A DNA stretch of 63,222 nucleotides, the filler included, from Octopus bimaculoides (Eukaryota), in assembly GCF_001194135.2 (NCBI RefSeq). It is 5 parts of 5 records of this genome, joined end to end, with 100 filler letters (N's around TTAATTAATTAA, not from the genome) between each part and the next. Parts side by side here need not be neighbours in the genome. Positions count along the whole stretch, not along the records: positions 41,305 to 63,222 come from NC_068981.1; 4 more parts are not named here. One strand, written 5' to 3'. This document shows positions 47,124-58,178 of the stretch, piece after piece. Every line of letters starts with the position of its first letter. Position 1 is the stretch's first letter. Below the pieces are notes generated by a model. The model ran no database searches. It saw nothing but the letters and a program-made list of their open reading frames with translations, and was not told the DNA's origin. Both the position numbers and the translations under genes were made by a program.

Positions 47124-49463
47124 ATATACAGGCATTCATATATATGTATGTATGTATGTATGTNNNNNNNNNNNNNNNNNNNNNNNNNNNNNNNNNNNNN
47201 NNNNNNNNNNNNNNNNNNNNNNNNNNNNNNNNNNNNNNNNNNNNNNNNNNNNNNNNNNTATATATATATATATATATATATTTACACATACATATGTGTG
47301 TATATCTACTGGCACGCACATGCGTATAAGTGTCGTTAATCATTCCTTTTTTCTAAGAGAACCAAGTCTTTAATTCTTATACACTGCAACAATGAATGAA
47401 TCATTCGTGCTAGTGAACATAAATTTTTGACTAGTCTCGCACTCAACCTAGGAAAGTAGCGGTATTTCATTGTTGCAGATGGAAACGATTCTCTGACCAT
47501 CACAACGAAATTCCCACTCTTTCTTGTGGCTTGGAACAGTTCGGAATCCTTACTTTCGCTAAATTTGGATTATAATGAGAAGGCTGCGCTCCTTGACCAA
47601 CCACATTCTATCGCTTCTGATTTCCTGGAACGGTGGCAATGTGACCGAGACAACAGGTGGTATAGTAGAGGATCAGTAAAATGACCATAAGATAGTATGC
47701 ATCTTGATCATATTCGATAAATTCCCGTCTGTGATCTGCCGAAAATTCATTTTCCGCATACACCTTAAACGTGAAAATATATTCACTACTGGATGACCGT
47801 TGGCAATCCTAAGTTCCTTAACATTTTTTGGGTTTTAATTTTCAAAGGTGTCCAAAAATCATCCACTTCACCAAGCAGCTTTGGGAGTACTGCTTGTTTA
47901 CCTGTTGATACCTGACTTTGTAACGCGTTGTATTATTCGGTTATATGTTAGTCGTGTGTAGTACTCACAAGCAATCTGTTGTCATTGATCCCAATACAAT
48001 ATGTTACACTGAAAAATAAACTGGGATAGATAAAGATCTTTTAATTTTTCAGATTTAATCGATATAAAAGAAATCAAAGCATCGGTGCATATGCACATGG
48101 AATCTATGAAGGCAACACCTGTGTGTAAACAGATCTCGTCAAACTCACTTTTTCCACTTAACGACTTTACAACAAATTTATACATAGCTACATCAAATAA
48201 CTCTCAGAATTAGTTGATTTCACTTCAGATAAGTTATTCTTGTGATTCTGGTACGCATATATGTGTATTCTTCTTTGTGAAATTTGTAGTTCATTTATGA
48301 ATTCTCTGTCCTTTGAATTTACGACCTGATCGGTAGTCCTCTGTCTAGTAGTCGCAAATATCGGTTAATTTTCTCGGGTTCAAGGTTTGTGCGTAAAATT
48401 CCTCATAACGTTTCAATCCATTAAAGAGCTGTTCAAGCACAGCAATGGCCAAAGGTGTTTAAACGGAACCAGCTGCTTTTTTTGTGTTTTTGTTCTGTTA
48501 TCTATACTATATATAAAACAGAGATGTGTGTGTAATCGCTTTTCACGTGAAATCGACTTCACCAAATGCTTCCATACTTGTAATGCATGAATAATTTGAC
48601 CTCGGATAAATCTTTGGCTCTTCATTTGATTTTTTAAATTAAAAATAAATAATATTGCTTTATATTTAAGATTCACTTCTTTAAAAAGGTTCCTCAATGT
48701 CAACTTCCGGTATTGACGTAACAACCGCAAAAAGCTTCACTCTCTATTTTGTGTGTTCGTGTGTGCGTTCGTGTGTATGAGAGNNNNNNNNNNNNNNNNN
48801 NNNNNNNNNNNNNNNNNNNNNNNNNNNNNNNNNNNNNNNNNNNNNNNNNNNNNNNNNNNNNNNNNNNNNNNNNNNNNNNNNNNNNNNNNNNNNNNNNNNN
48901 NNNNNNNNNNNNNNNNNNNNNNNNNNNNNNNNNNNNNNNNNNNNNNNNNNNNNNNNNNNNNNNNNNNNNNNNNNNNNNNNNNNNNNNNNNNNNNNNNNNN
49001 NNNNNNNNNNNNNNNNNNNNNNNNNNNNNNNNNNNNNNNNNNNNNNNNNNNNNNNNNNNNNNNNNNNNNNNNNNNNNNNNNNNNNNNNNNNNNNNNNNNN
49101 NNNNNNNNNNNNNNNNNNNNNNNNNNNNNNNNNNNNNNNNNNNNNNNNNNNNNNNNNNNNNNNNNNNNNNNNNNNNNNNNNNNNNNNNNNNNNNNNNNNN
49201 NNNNNNNNNNNNNNNNNNNNNNNNNNNNNNNNNNNNNNNNNNNNNNNNNNNNNNNNNNNNNNNNNNNNNNNNNNNNNNNNNNNNNNNNNNNNNNNNNNNN
49301 NNNNNNNNNNNNNNNNNNNNNNNNNNNNNNNNNNNNNNNNNNNNNNNNNNNNNNNNNNNNNNNNNNNNNNNNNNNNNNNNNNNNNNNNNNNNNNNNNNNN
49401 NNNNNNNNNNNNNNNNNNNNNNNNNNNNNNNNNNNNNNNNNNNNNNNNNNNNNNNNNNNNNNN

Positions 49464-49619
49464 TCCTAACGCCAACCACTCAGAGAGTGTAGTGGGTGCT
49501 TTTACGTGTCACCCGCACGAAGGCCAGTCAGGCGGTACTGGCAACGGCCACGCTCGAAATGGTGTATTTTATGTGCCACCCGCACAAGAGCCAGTCCAGG
49601 GGCACTGGCAACGATCCCC
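49464..49619 (-). mobile_element. RTE-type 3' UTR fragment (tail lost in N-gap)
   Basis: TCCTAACGCCAACCACTCAGAGAGTGTAGTGGGTGCTTTTACGTGTCACCCGCACGAAGGCCAGTCAG, nearly identical to 35700-35766. Confidence 0.8.
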
Positions 49620-50531
49620 ATTTTAATTTTCGTAAAAGTTTCCAAGTACCAATGAGGCTTTTTGGCACATCTTCAATTTTCCTCATTCATGAGAGGCGCC
49701 CAGCCATCATTCATCTGAGAGTCCATCTACAGAATGTCCTCAAATTTCTATACAGCATATTTTGCCTTTTTTTCTTCAAGTATATAAACAACAATTCCAT
49801 TCCCGAGCAACGCCGGGTGCCTCTGCTAGTAATATATATATACTTTGCTATGCGTTATCGTCTGTATCCATATTTTAAAAGTACAGTGTCATGGAATTTC
49901 AGGAAGATTAGCTGCTGTTTATAGAATGTCATGAAATCCTCTAGTTTCATTACCAATAAATAGCATTAATGGTGGATTGACGAACCAAATGGCATGTCTA
50001 ACATACATTTTTGATGGACAATTAATGTCCAGAGTTCAAAAAGTGATGAGATTTACTATTAACATTCATCCATCTATGGGTCGCCCAACTATGTACTCGT
50101 CATGCATTGGAATGCATTCTATTGATCAAGTTTCTCCCTCAAGGTCATGAAATTAATATTTTTGCAGTTGGTTTTGCCTGGATATCAATAGGTAAAATCT
50201 AATAACCAGTAACAATTACGGAGTTTTCATCTTTAATTAAAACCATTTTACTTTACGGAGTCAACGAGACTAATTTACGGGGTCTACCTCATTGCCTGAA
50301 ATAGTAGCCAAATCTCTCCCATAACATACTCCTTCATCATAAAAATCAATAAGACACTGAGCAATCTAATCTTAGAACAATTATAGAAAGAAAGGAAAAA
50401 ATACAGAGACAAGTTGATGACCTCTGGATCACCTTCTCAGGTCTACTCAGTCAGAGTTGCAAGAGGCTTAAACAACTTCCATTATTAACGTTTATGGGAA
50501 AGACATAAAAATTGGATCTCCCATTTCCTCA

Positions 50532-50850
50532 CACCCCGTCGGTTACGATGATTCATATTCCAGCTGATCCGATCAACGGAACAGCCTGCTCGTGAAACTA
50601 ACGTGCAAGTGACTAAGCACTCCACATACACAGGCATACCCTTAACGTAGTTCTCAAGGAGATTCAGTCTGAAACAGGATGTGACAATTCTGGCCCTTTG
50701 AATTACAGGTACTACTCATTTATACCAGCTTCGTGGACAGGGACAACATGAAATAAAGCGTCTTGCTCAATGACACGACGCTCAGCCAGGAAACGAACTC
50801 ACGACTGTAATGATCATGAGCCGAATACTCTAACCATTAATCCACGCGCC
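50532..50850 (-). mobile_element. SINE family E (tRNA-derived, GTGTC.TTGAGCAAGAC core-like segment)
   Basis: The minus strand has the B-box-like GAGTTCGTTTCC, then GTGTCATTGAGCAAGACGCTTTATTTCA. Its body matches 52014-52262. Confidence 0.75.
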
Positions 50851-51849
50851 TTCACACACACACACACACACACNNNNNNNNNNNNNNNNNNNNNNNNNNN
50901 NNNNNNNNNNNNNNNNNNNNNNNNNNNNNNNNNNNNNNNNNNNNNNNNNNNNNNNNNNNNNNNNNNNNNNNNNNNNNNNNNNNNNNNNNNNNNNNNNNNN
51001 NNNNNNNNNNNNNNNNNNNNNNNNNNNNNNNNNNNNNNNNNNNNNNNNNNNNNNNNNNNNNNNNNNNNNNNNNNNNNNNNNNNNNNNNNNNNNNNNNNNN
51101 NNNNNNNNNNNNNNNNNNNNNNNNNNNNNNNNNNNNNNNNNNNNNNNNNNNNNNNNNNNNNNNNNNNNNNNNNNNNNNNNNNNNNNNNNNNNNNNNNNNN
51201 NNNNNNNNNNNNNNNNNNNNNNNNNNNNNNNNNNNNNNNNNNNNNNNNNNNNNNNNNNNNNNNNNNNNNNNNNNNNNNNNNNNNNNNNNNNNNNNNNNNN
51301 NNNATATATATATATATACATATACATAGGTACGCACACATACACACACAAACACACACATGCATATCATTTGCGTATGTGTTACCACGTAACTTTGTCC
51401 ATGTTTCTTCACATACATGTGTGTATGGATGCATGTATATTACATATAGACGTGTGTGTGTGTCTGCGCGCGCGTGTGTGTGATAAAGGGAGACAGAGTG
51501 AAGAGTGAGAGAGATGCATATTAATCTAGGCGGTAACATGTTTAATTAACTATGAATATTTACTCACCGTTAGTGCTCATATTCTCAACAAGTAAACGGT
51601 GCTATGGTATTATATCTACATAGATTAAAGAAACATGTACAACGGACACCACTCACACAAGGAAATAATCAGGAAAATTTCCCCGAGCTGTTTTGCAGGT
51701 AGACTTGTAAATGGTCTGGTAACTATATGCCGCTAGTTATTCCTGAATTGGAAACATTTACTTATTTAATTGCAGGATATATTGCAGTTGTTAAGATCAT
51801 ATTAATCAGCCATAACATTCAGAAAGAGGTAACAGAAAATAAACGATAA

Positions 51850-52013
51850 AAACGTCGCCCATTCAAAGCCTAGTCAGGCTCATGGGCCCGGTTTCCCGGT
51901 TTCTATGGCATGTGTTCCCCCCCCCCAGCTGCACGGGACGCCAGTCCATCGCAGTGTTACTCAAGAAACAGGAATAAAGAGTGAGAGAAGGTTGGGGCAA
52001 AAGAGTACAACAG
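51850..52013 (-). mobile_element. SINE family D, headless 3' part
   Basis: Matches 62229-62401 and ends abruptly after GAGTACAACAG. Confidence 0.8.
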
Positions 52014-52262
52014 AGTTGTGTCCTTGAGCAAGACACTTTATTTCACGTTGCTCCAGTTCACTCAGCTGGCTAAAAGTGAGTAGTACCTGTATTTCAATGG
52101 GCCTGCCTTGTCACGCTATGTGTCACGCTGAGTCTCCCTGAGAACTACGTTAGGGGTACACGTGTCTGTGAATTGCTCAGTCACTTGCACGTTAATTTCA
52201 CGAGCAAGCTGTTCCGTTGATCGTATCAGCTGGGACCCTCGTCGTCGTAACCGACGGAGTGC
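52014..52262 (+). mobile_element. SINE family E, headless
   Basis: GTTGTGTCCTTGAGCAAGACACTTTATTTCACG...CGTAACCGACGG, the reverse complement of 50532-50775. Confidence 0.8.
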
Positions 52263-52449
52263 TCCTAGAGTTTTCGATTTATAAATTATTGGGTAATTTA
52301 TATCAGCAAAAGCATGCAGTGTAAGACGCTTTGAAATGCATTCACTTCTTCAAGATGGACAACGTATTTGAACCAAAATTATATGATTTTACAAGGCTGT
52401 TTACAAACCAAAGAAAAACGTAACACATAAGGACATCGAAATTTACGCA

Positions 52450-53690
52450 TATTGGGAAGGAAAATGGAAAGCAATAATCAGCACAGTAGCAAGAAAACGA
52501 ATGAATTAAGAGATAAGAGGAGGAAATACAATAGCTCCGTAGGCATGGTTTATCGTACCGATCAAGGATGACATCAACACTTTAAGAATTGCAAACAAGT
52601 GGAAAGCCTCTGAATTTGGTCAAATTCCAGATCTCTGCTGAAGTAGCAGACAAATTTTCAAGTGTTTATGGTAGCAGCATTCACTGAACTGAATAATAGA
52701 TCAGAATCTGCGATTGAATAGGGTTGAAAAACACAAAAATTAAGAAACTTCTAGATAAAAAGAGATAATTTGCTTGCTAACAATAAGCAAAACTCATACA
52801 CCCACACTGGGCAGAATGCTAGTTTCTCAACTGGACGGTAATAACATATTACAAGAGGAGCAGAAACGATGCTGAAAAAGGATGTATGGCTGTAAAGATC
52901 AGCTGTTAGTGTACCGGGCAGTAACAGAATAACTGAAGGATAAAAAAACTGTCGCAAGGCATTTGGTAGCATAATTCACCTGGCTCACTGGAAGCATTTT
53001 ATGTAAACAAATGAGCCCCATTACTCTTAGAGTTCATCAGCTATGCCATGTCAAAGTAGAAAACAACCACATTACTACAGGGCAAAAAGGAAATTAAAAC
53101 TAGCCTTATATCCATGGGAAGTCATATCTTCTGTGGCGACGACTCATTATCGCCTCTGCAGTCTTTTGTCAAGTTCTGATACGATCTGTTAAATTAAACC
53201 ATCTATGGTTATGTTACAATCAAATTATAGATCATTTTCCCTTTATGAATGATTTTAAAATATTTTCAAATTACAGATTGCTCATATATTCAACTATAAT
53301 ATACAAATGAATATGCTATGAGGAAAACATGCCAACGCTAGCATAAAATTTAGCAGAATAATCAAGGAGAAGAGTAAATGAGATACAGACATGGGAATCA
53401 CGGAATTAGGTCATGGCTAGCCATGCAAATGATTGGAAGTAGTTCAAACTGATAAAATATGATGCAGAAAAACGGCTAAAATTACAAAATAGTATTGCAG
53501 AAGAAGGATTAATATTAAAAAGTTCACGCAATGCTAGAAATCGCATGTCTGCAACCTTAGTAGCTACTTTGAACACGATGGTGATTCTATGTTAATTTTG
53601 AGGTACTGATTCCAGACATGACATCAAATTTTGTCGAACATGTGAACTTCAGCTGCAAAGCACCATTGGCAAGAGATACAAAATTGCTCA
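52450..53690 (+). mobile_element. Heavily decayed R4/Dong-clade RT region
   Basis: Scattered in order: WKASEFGQIP, NNILQEEQKRC, GMYGCKDQLLVYRAVTE (52880-52930; cf. GCKDQLLINK.I.E), IFCGDDSLSPL (cf. GIFQGDSLSPL), and FCRTC near 53635. Confidence 0.6.
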
Positions 53691-53827
53691 ATTTTGCATG
53701 GTGTATTTTTTATTTTTCACACTATTCTGTCCATTTCAGTGAGAAATAACCTCTACAAGATGTTTTAAGGTGACAGATAAATTCCTTTCTTACGACGCCT
53801 CTTTGCCATAACCACCTCTTTATCTTA

Positions 53828-54333
53828 CAGGGTGTCCTGTCCTATAACTTGTTACCCTATTTCAGCGAAATTGGACAGCATTTTTAAAACCTCACTTTTA
53901 TTCATATGTGTTAAAAGTGTATAAATTTTAAATTTTGTTTATAATTTTATCATTTTTATAATTTTAATTTCATTCTTGTTCGATCTCGTTTATCTGTTCA
54001 CGACAGCATTTTTTCAATTTGGCTGCAAATCATTTTCTCTACATCAATCCATAGGGTGTAAAAATAAGTTTAGTTGAACTTAAATATTGCATTCAGTTAG
54101 CAGTGCAAGAGGCAACTCCTGAAATGCTTCAAAATGTGTTTCGCAACGCTAAGTATAGATTGCAGGGATACAGACGGAGCATATGTTGAACATTTTCAAT
54201 AAAATTTTGATGTAAGATTTATAAATCTCTATTTGTTTGGTATCATAGTTAAGTAATAAACAAACAAATTGGCATTCGTTTTTTTAATTTGCCCTATTTC
54301 ATTGAAATACATAGTTAATTTTAGGACACCCTG
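53828..54333 (+). mobile_element. Tc1/mariner-superfamily deletion derivative with CAGGGTGTCC TIRs and TA target duplication
   Basis: TA|CAGGGTGTCC at 53828 and GGACACCCTG|TA ending 54333. The internal LVELKYCIQLAVQEATPEMLQNVFRNAKYRL...DGAYVEH resembles a transposase C-terminus. Confidence 0.85.
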
Positions 54334-54773
54334 TATTAAAATGAAGAAGTCAGAGAACAAGACTGCTAAGTAATGGGCCAATTATAAAGACAGGATCCCA
54401 CACCACCAAAAATAATACATGATACAGCACAGTGCAAGAAAACTTTTTTCCATATTAAATCCCTAAAACAGAGAAGTGTTTGCTATAGATTCTTAAACTA
54501 GAGAAAGTATCGGATCTTTATGATTTGACGGGCAACATTTTTTTATGTAGTGTTTTTGGTACCGAAACACTTTCAAATTTCGAATACTTGTATATTTTGT
54601 GTTATAGAACAGATAAAAAATGTTGTATTCGAAGTTATTTCATGTAAAAAATTGTCGTATTTCGGTAATTTCAACCAATCACTGACGTCTATTGAGGTGA
54701 AAAAAATTACGCCGTGAAATGTAAACAACGGTGTTACGGAATGTTTTCCCTTGAATAAAATTAGTGCCGTTGT

Positions 54774-54831
54774 TTGTCAACAACAACTATCCGTTGTCAA
54801 CAACAACTATCCGTTGTCAACAACAACTATC
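54774..54831 (+). repeat. 20-bp tandem repeat x3 (TTGTCAACAACAACTATCCG)
   Basis: Direct reading; lies within the left arm of the foldback element. Confidence 0.9.
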
Positions 54832-54888
54832 AGCGGTATATATTTCGTTTGTCACTGTTATTTATGACATCGTTCGTGCGTTTGTACT

Positions 54889-55145
54889 GGTTTTAGCTTT
54901 AGGGTTTTAGGGTTAGGGCTCGGGTTTTAGAGTTAGGGTTAGTTTTAGGATTACGGTTAGGGTTATGATTATTTTTGCCATAACCTTAACTCTANNNNNN
55001 NNNNNNNNNNNNNNNNNNNNNNNNNNNNNNNNNNNCTAACCCTAACCCCAACCCTAACCCTAAAACCCTAACCCTAAAACCCGAACCCTAACCCTAAAAC
55101 CCTAACCCTAAAACCCGAACCCTAACCCTAAAACCCTAAACCCTT
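54889..55145. repeat. Head-to-head telomere-like repeats: (TTAGGG/TTTTAGGG/TTCGGG)n then (CCCTAA/CCCTAAAA/CCCGAA)n
   Basis: G-rich 54889-54967, centre near 54968-54978, C-rich 54979-55145 (N-gap 54995-55035). Confidence 0.88.
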
Positions 55146-55463
55146 ACTAGGGAATAATGATATAATTAAACAGGGAATAACACACTTGACACCGAACAGC
55201 ACTAAGTGTATTCAGCTGAATAGACGTCAGTGATTGGTTGAAATTACAGAAATACGACAACTTTAACATGAAATAACTTGCGATGTACAATTTTTTGTTA
55301 AGAAGGTTAAGAGAAGAAGTTGTTTTATATGACACATTCTACCAGTGTCCCAAGTTTCAAAGTGTTTCGTTAAGAAAACAAGTGTTGCCCGTCACATCAT
55401 AAAGATCCAAAGTATCAACTGACAATTGTTATTGCGTGAGAAATGTGGGGGTGACTGCAGTAG

Positions 55464-55697
55464 CGTCGAACGTCGTGGAGCAGGAGTAGGTTTTGCAATC
55501 AAATCTAGTCTGATCAGCAAGCTAACCAGACTTCCAAATAAACTGAATGACCGACCGATGTCGCTGTGGATCCCCTCGTCCACCAGATGAAAACGCTATG
55601 GCACCATCATCAGAGGCTGCCCCACAACCATGGCTAACCCTGAGGAGATCAAAGACAAGTTTTATGAAAACTTGGAAACCTCCATTGCAGCTGTGTA
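55464..55697 (+). mobile_element. RTE/BovB-type endonuclease fragment
   Basis: ERRGAGVGFAIKSSLISKLTRLPNKLNDRPMSL...(frameshift)PTTMANPEEIKDKFYENLETSIAAV. Confidence 0.85.
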
Positions 55698-56876
55698 GAT
55701 AAATACCTTATGAAGAATAACATTGGAAATGTGTTTGCCTCGATACCGATCAGTCACGCATTATACGTAAAGAAAATATATGAAACATTGAAATAGGTCC
55801 TGAGGTTTAAAGCGAGTTGCATATTGTTTAGTCAATAAAACAAATACGCAGATGTCCTTTATTTATGGCGCAGCCAAGTTAGAAGAGATAAACACAGAAG
55901 AAAGAATGGCAAAAAGAAAAGATTTCTATGTTAGAAAGCACACCATCAACCTAAAAATTAGGAAATGTGTTCCCAGAGCTTGATGAGAAACTACTTTTGA
56001 AGAAATAATTTATAAAAGATTTAGATTAGGTAGGTGAGGCCTTCGAAAGTGTCTGGAAACCTATTTTCTTTAAGTCAGGGCACACTGAAAATAAATATCT
56101 TTAATGAGCCCAAGATAAGCGAATTAAAGAAAGATGAGCTATTCATGAGTTTAATAAAAATCTGTTGAGTAAAATGACTGCGTAGTATTTATAAGGCCAA
56201 GAAATGAGAAAATATGAGTAAAAGTACATAAATCAAACCAGAACTCACAACGATGCACGTTTTAAAAGATAGTTCCGCGAGGCAGCTTACATCTGACCCA
56301 AGATATTCAAAGAGTATGCACAGTTCAAACGGTACATTCTCTGCACACAACACGCACCCAACTGATAAACGTCTAATGAAATGACACAACTCACACAACA
56401 CATATTCTCCAGACTACGCTTTGGAATTTATGGAATTTCATTCCAAAATCTGAAGACCCATGATTTTTCTCGGGAAAGATAGAGTAGTGGTTTCTTGTTT
56501 CCTTCTGTCGGTTTATTTAGTTAAGTAATCTCCTGATTTCCGGATATCGCTCTTGATGTGAATCATTAATCTAACGTTTAAGCTTAAAAGGTTAACGCGA
56601 CATCAGAGCATGTGCACGCATCTGTGCACATATGTGGTACATGGCTAGAAGCCAGCCCGCCTCGGAGTCTTTATATTCCTTAGCCACAGAACCAACTAAT
56701 ATCTGGCTCATAACTAGAGAGAGTGACAAATACTATAACCTCAGGACAGAGCGAACCTGGGAATAAAAGGGAGCAAGAGATAACTCTATACTCTCTAAAC
56801 TCCTGAACTTATTCGCGAGATCCTCACCATTGGTTGCAGTTTAACGTCTCTTTCCCAGGACAACGGAATAGCTACA

Positions 56877-57040
56877 TGTTGTGTCGACGCCCCCAAGCGA
56901 AGAAGCAGGATCTCCCAAGACATATAAATAGAGGTAGTCTGGCCGTGGTAGAGTGTTGAGTAGCAGTCGAGTAGCAGTTGTGTAGTGGTTGAGTAGAGAT
57001 CATCCGAAGGCGCTAGATAGCAGTAGCTTGAGACATAACA
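56877..57040 (+). mobile_element. 164-bp solo-LTR-like repeat (uninterrupted counterpart of 16900-16986)
   Basis: It starts TGTTG and ends TAACA. The 5-bp flanks CTACA / CTACC match at 4 of 5 positions. TATAAATA lies at 56923-56930 and the 13-mer GTTGAGTAGCAGT at 56955-56967. Confidence 0.6.
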
Positions 57041-58137
57041 CTACCAAACAACATACCACAGAACATGTTCTTTACAATCACTATCCTACACCCAAAAGGT
57101 ACTCTACGTTACCGTCACCTGACGCATTAATATATACACATCACACACATATTCTATGCAGTTACTGTCCATCACTATAACATTATACACTCTATACATA
57201 CGCGACACCACTCTAAACGCGAGAACATAACACAGACGTTATCCAAGAAAATAGTAATTCACACTGCAATTATTCAGCACAACATGATAGAAGCCAACTC
57301 GTGACCGGATAAGACTACTTTCTAAACACAGTAAGTCCGTGAAAACGTTCCGAGAGTCCAAGAAATTCCAGCGCGTGAATTTGTTTTGAGTGGATAAATT
57401 GTTTCACAGCATAACTCACTTTTTAGCTATAGTAACAGCAGCACAACATAGGATGAGACGGCCAGAAACCAACTACAGTTTTTTTAAATACCAGTTTATC
57501 TTCTCTTAGGGTGAAGTTCTAAAGAGAACTAGGGTCCTTAATTCCAAGTGGTTAACATGCTGTTAACCTACAGCCAGGACCCTAACACGTGCTACTACTC
57601 TAGGTCTGAGTATACTTCGGATCGATGGAGGCTAAGAGGTGGTCTCACAATTTTAAAATCCCAGGAATTCCGAATCAGAACCCCACTCGGATGTAGCTCA
57701 AAGTAATACACATGACAAACTCTTCACAACATACAAAACACTAGAATAATCCTAAGAGCAATAAAATGATATCCACATTCAGGCTAAGCTGATGTAGTTA
57801 TATAAACATGATTGTATATTGCGAAAGACAATGCTTCATAGAACTCAGAAATAGGAAGGTGCACCTGATTTTGGAGTAGAAACTTGCATAAAAAAAACTT
57901 GGAATTATAATAATGGCAAGAGTAGTAATAATAATGGCATTTTTTTGTTTGTTTTTGCTTGACAGGGAACATGAATACAAACCATTTAGGTATATTTTCA
58001 GAATTTTTTCTGCATGAGAGAGTGTGTGTGTTTGTGTGTGTGAGCTTGCATGCATGTATATATGCTAATACACACTTTCATGTGTGTGTGCGTGTGCGTG
58101 TATGTGTGAATGTGTGTGTATATGGGTATATATATAT

Positions 58138-58178
<41 letters not shown>

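Larger units (their letters stand above)
54512..55408. mobile_element. Foldback/MITE with GG...CC termini, 8-bp TSD (Merlin-like) and telomere-like inverted core
   Basis: The TIRs GGATCTTTATGAT(T/G)TGACGGGCAACA match at 25 of 26 positions. A perfect TSD AAAGTATC lies at 54504-54511 and 55409-55416. Inner inverted homology includes AATTTCAACCAATCACTGACGTCTATT. Confidence 0.85.

Noticed and set aside
54889-55145. Ancestral chromosome end-to-end fusion site
   Set aside because: The telomere-like array is short, degenerate and enclosed by TIRs with a perfect 8-bp TSD, which points to a transposed unit.
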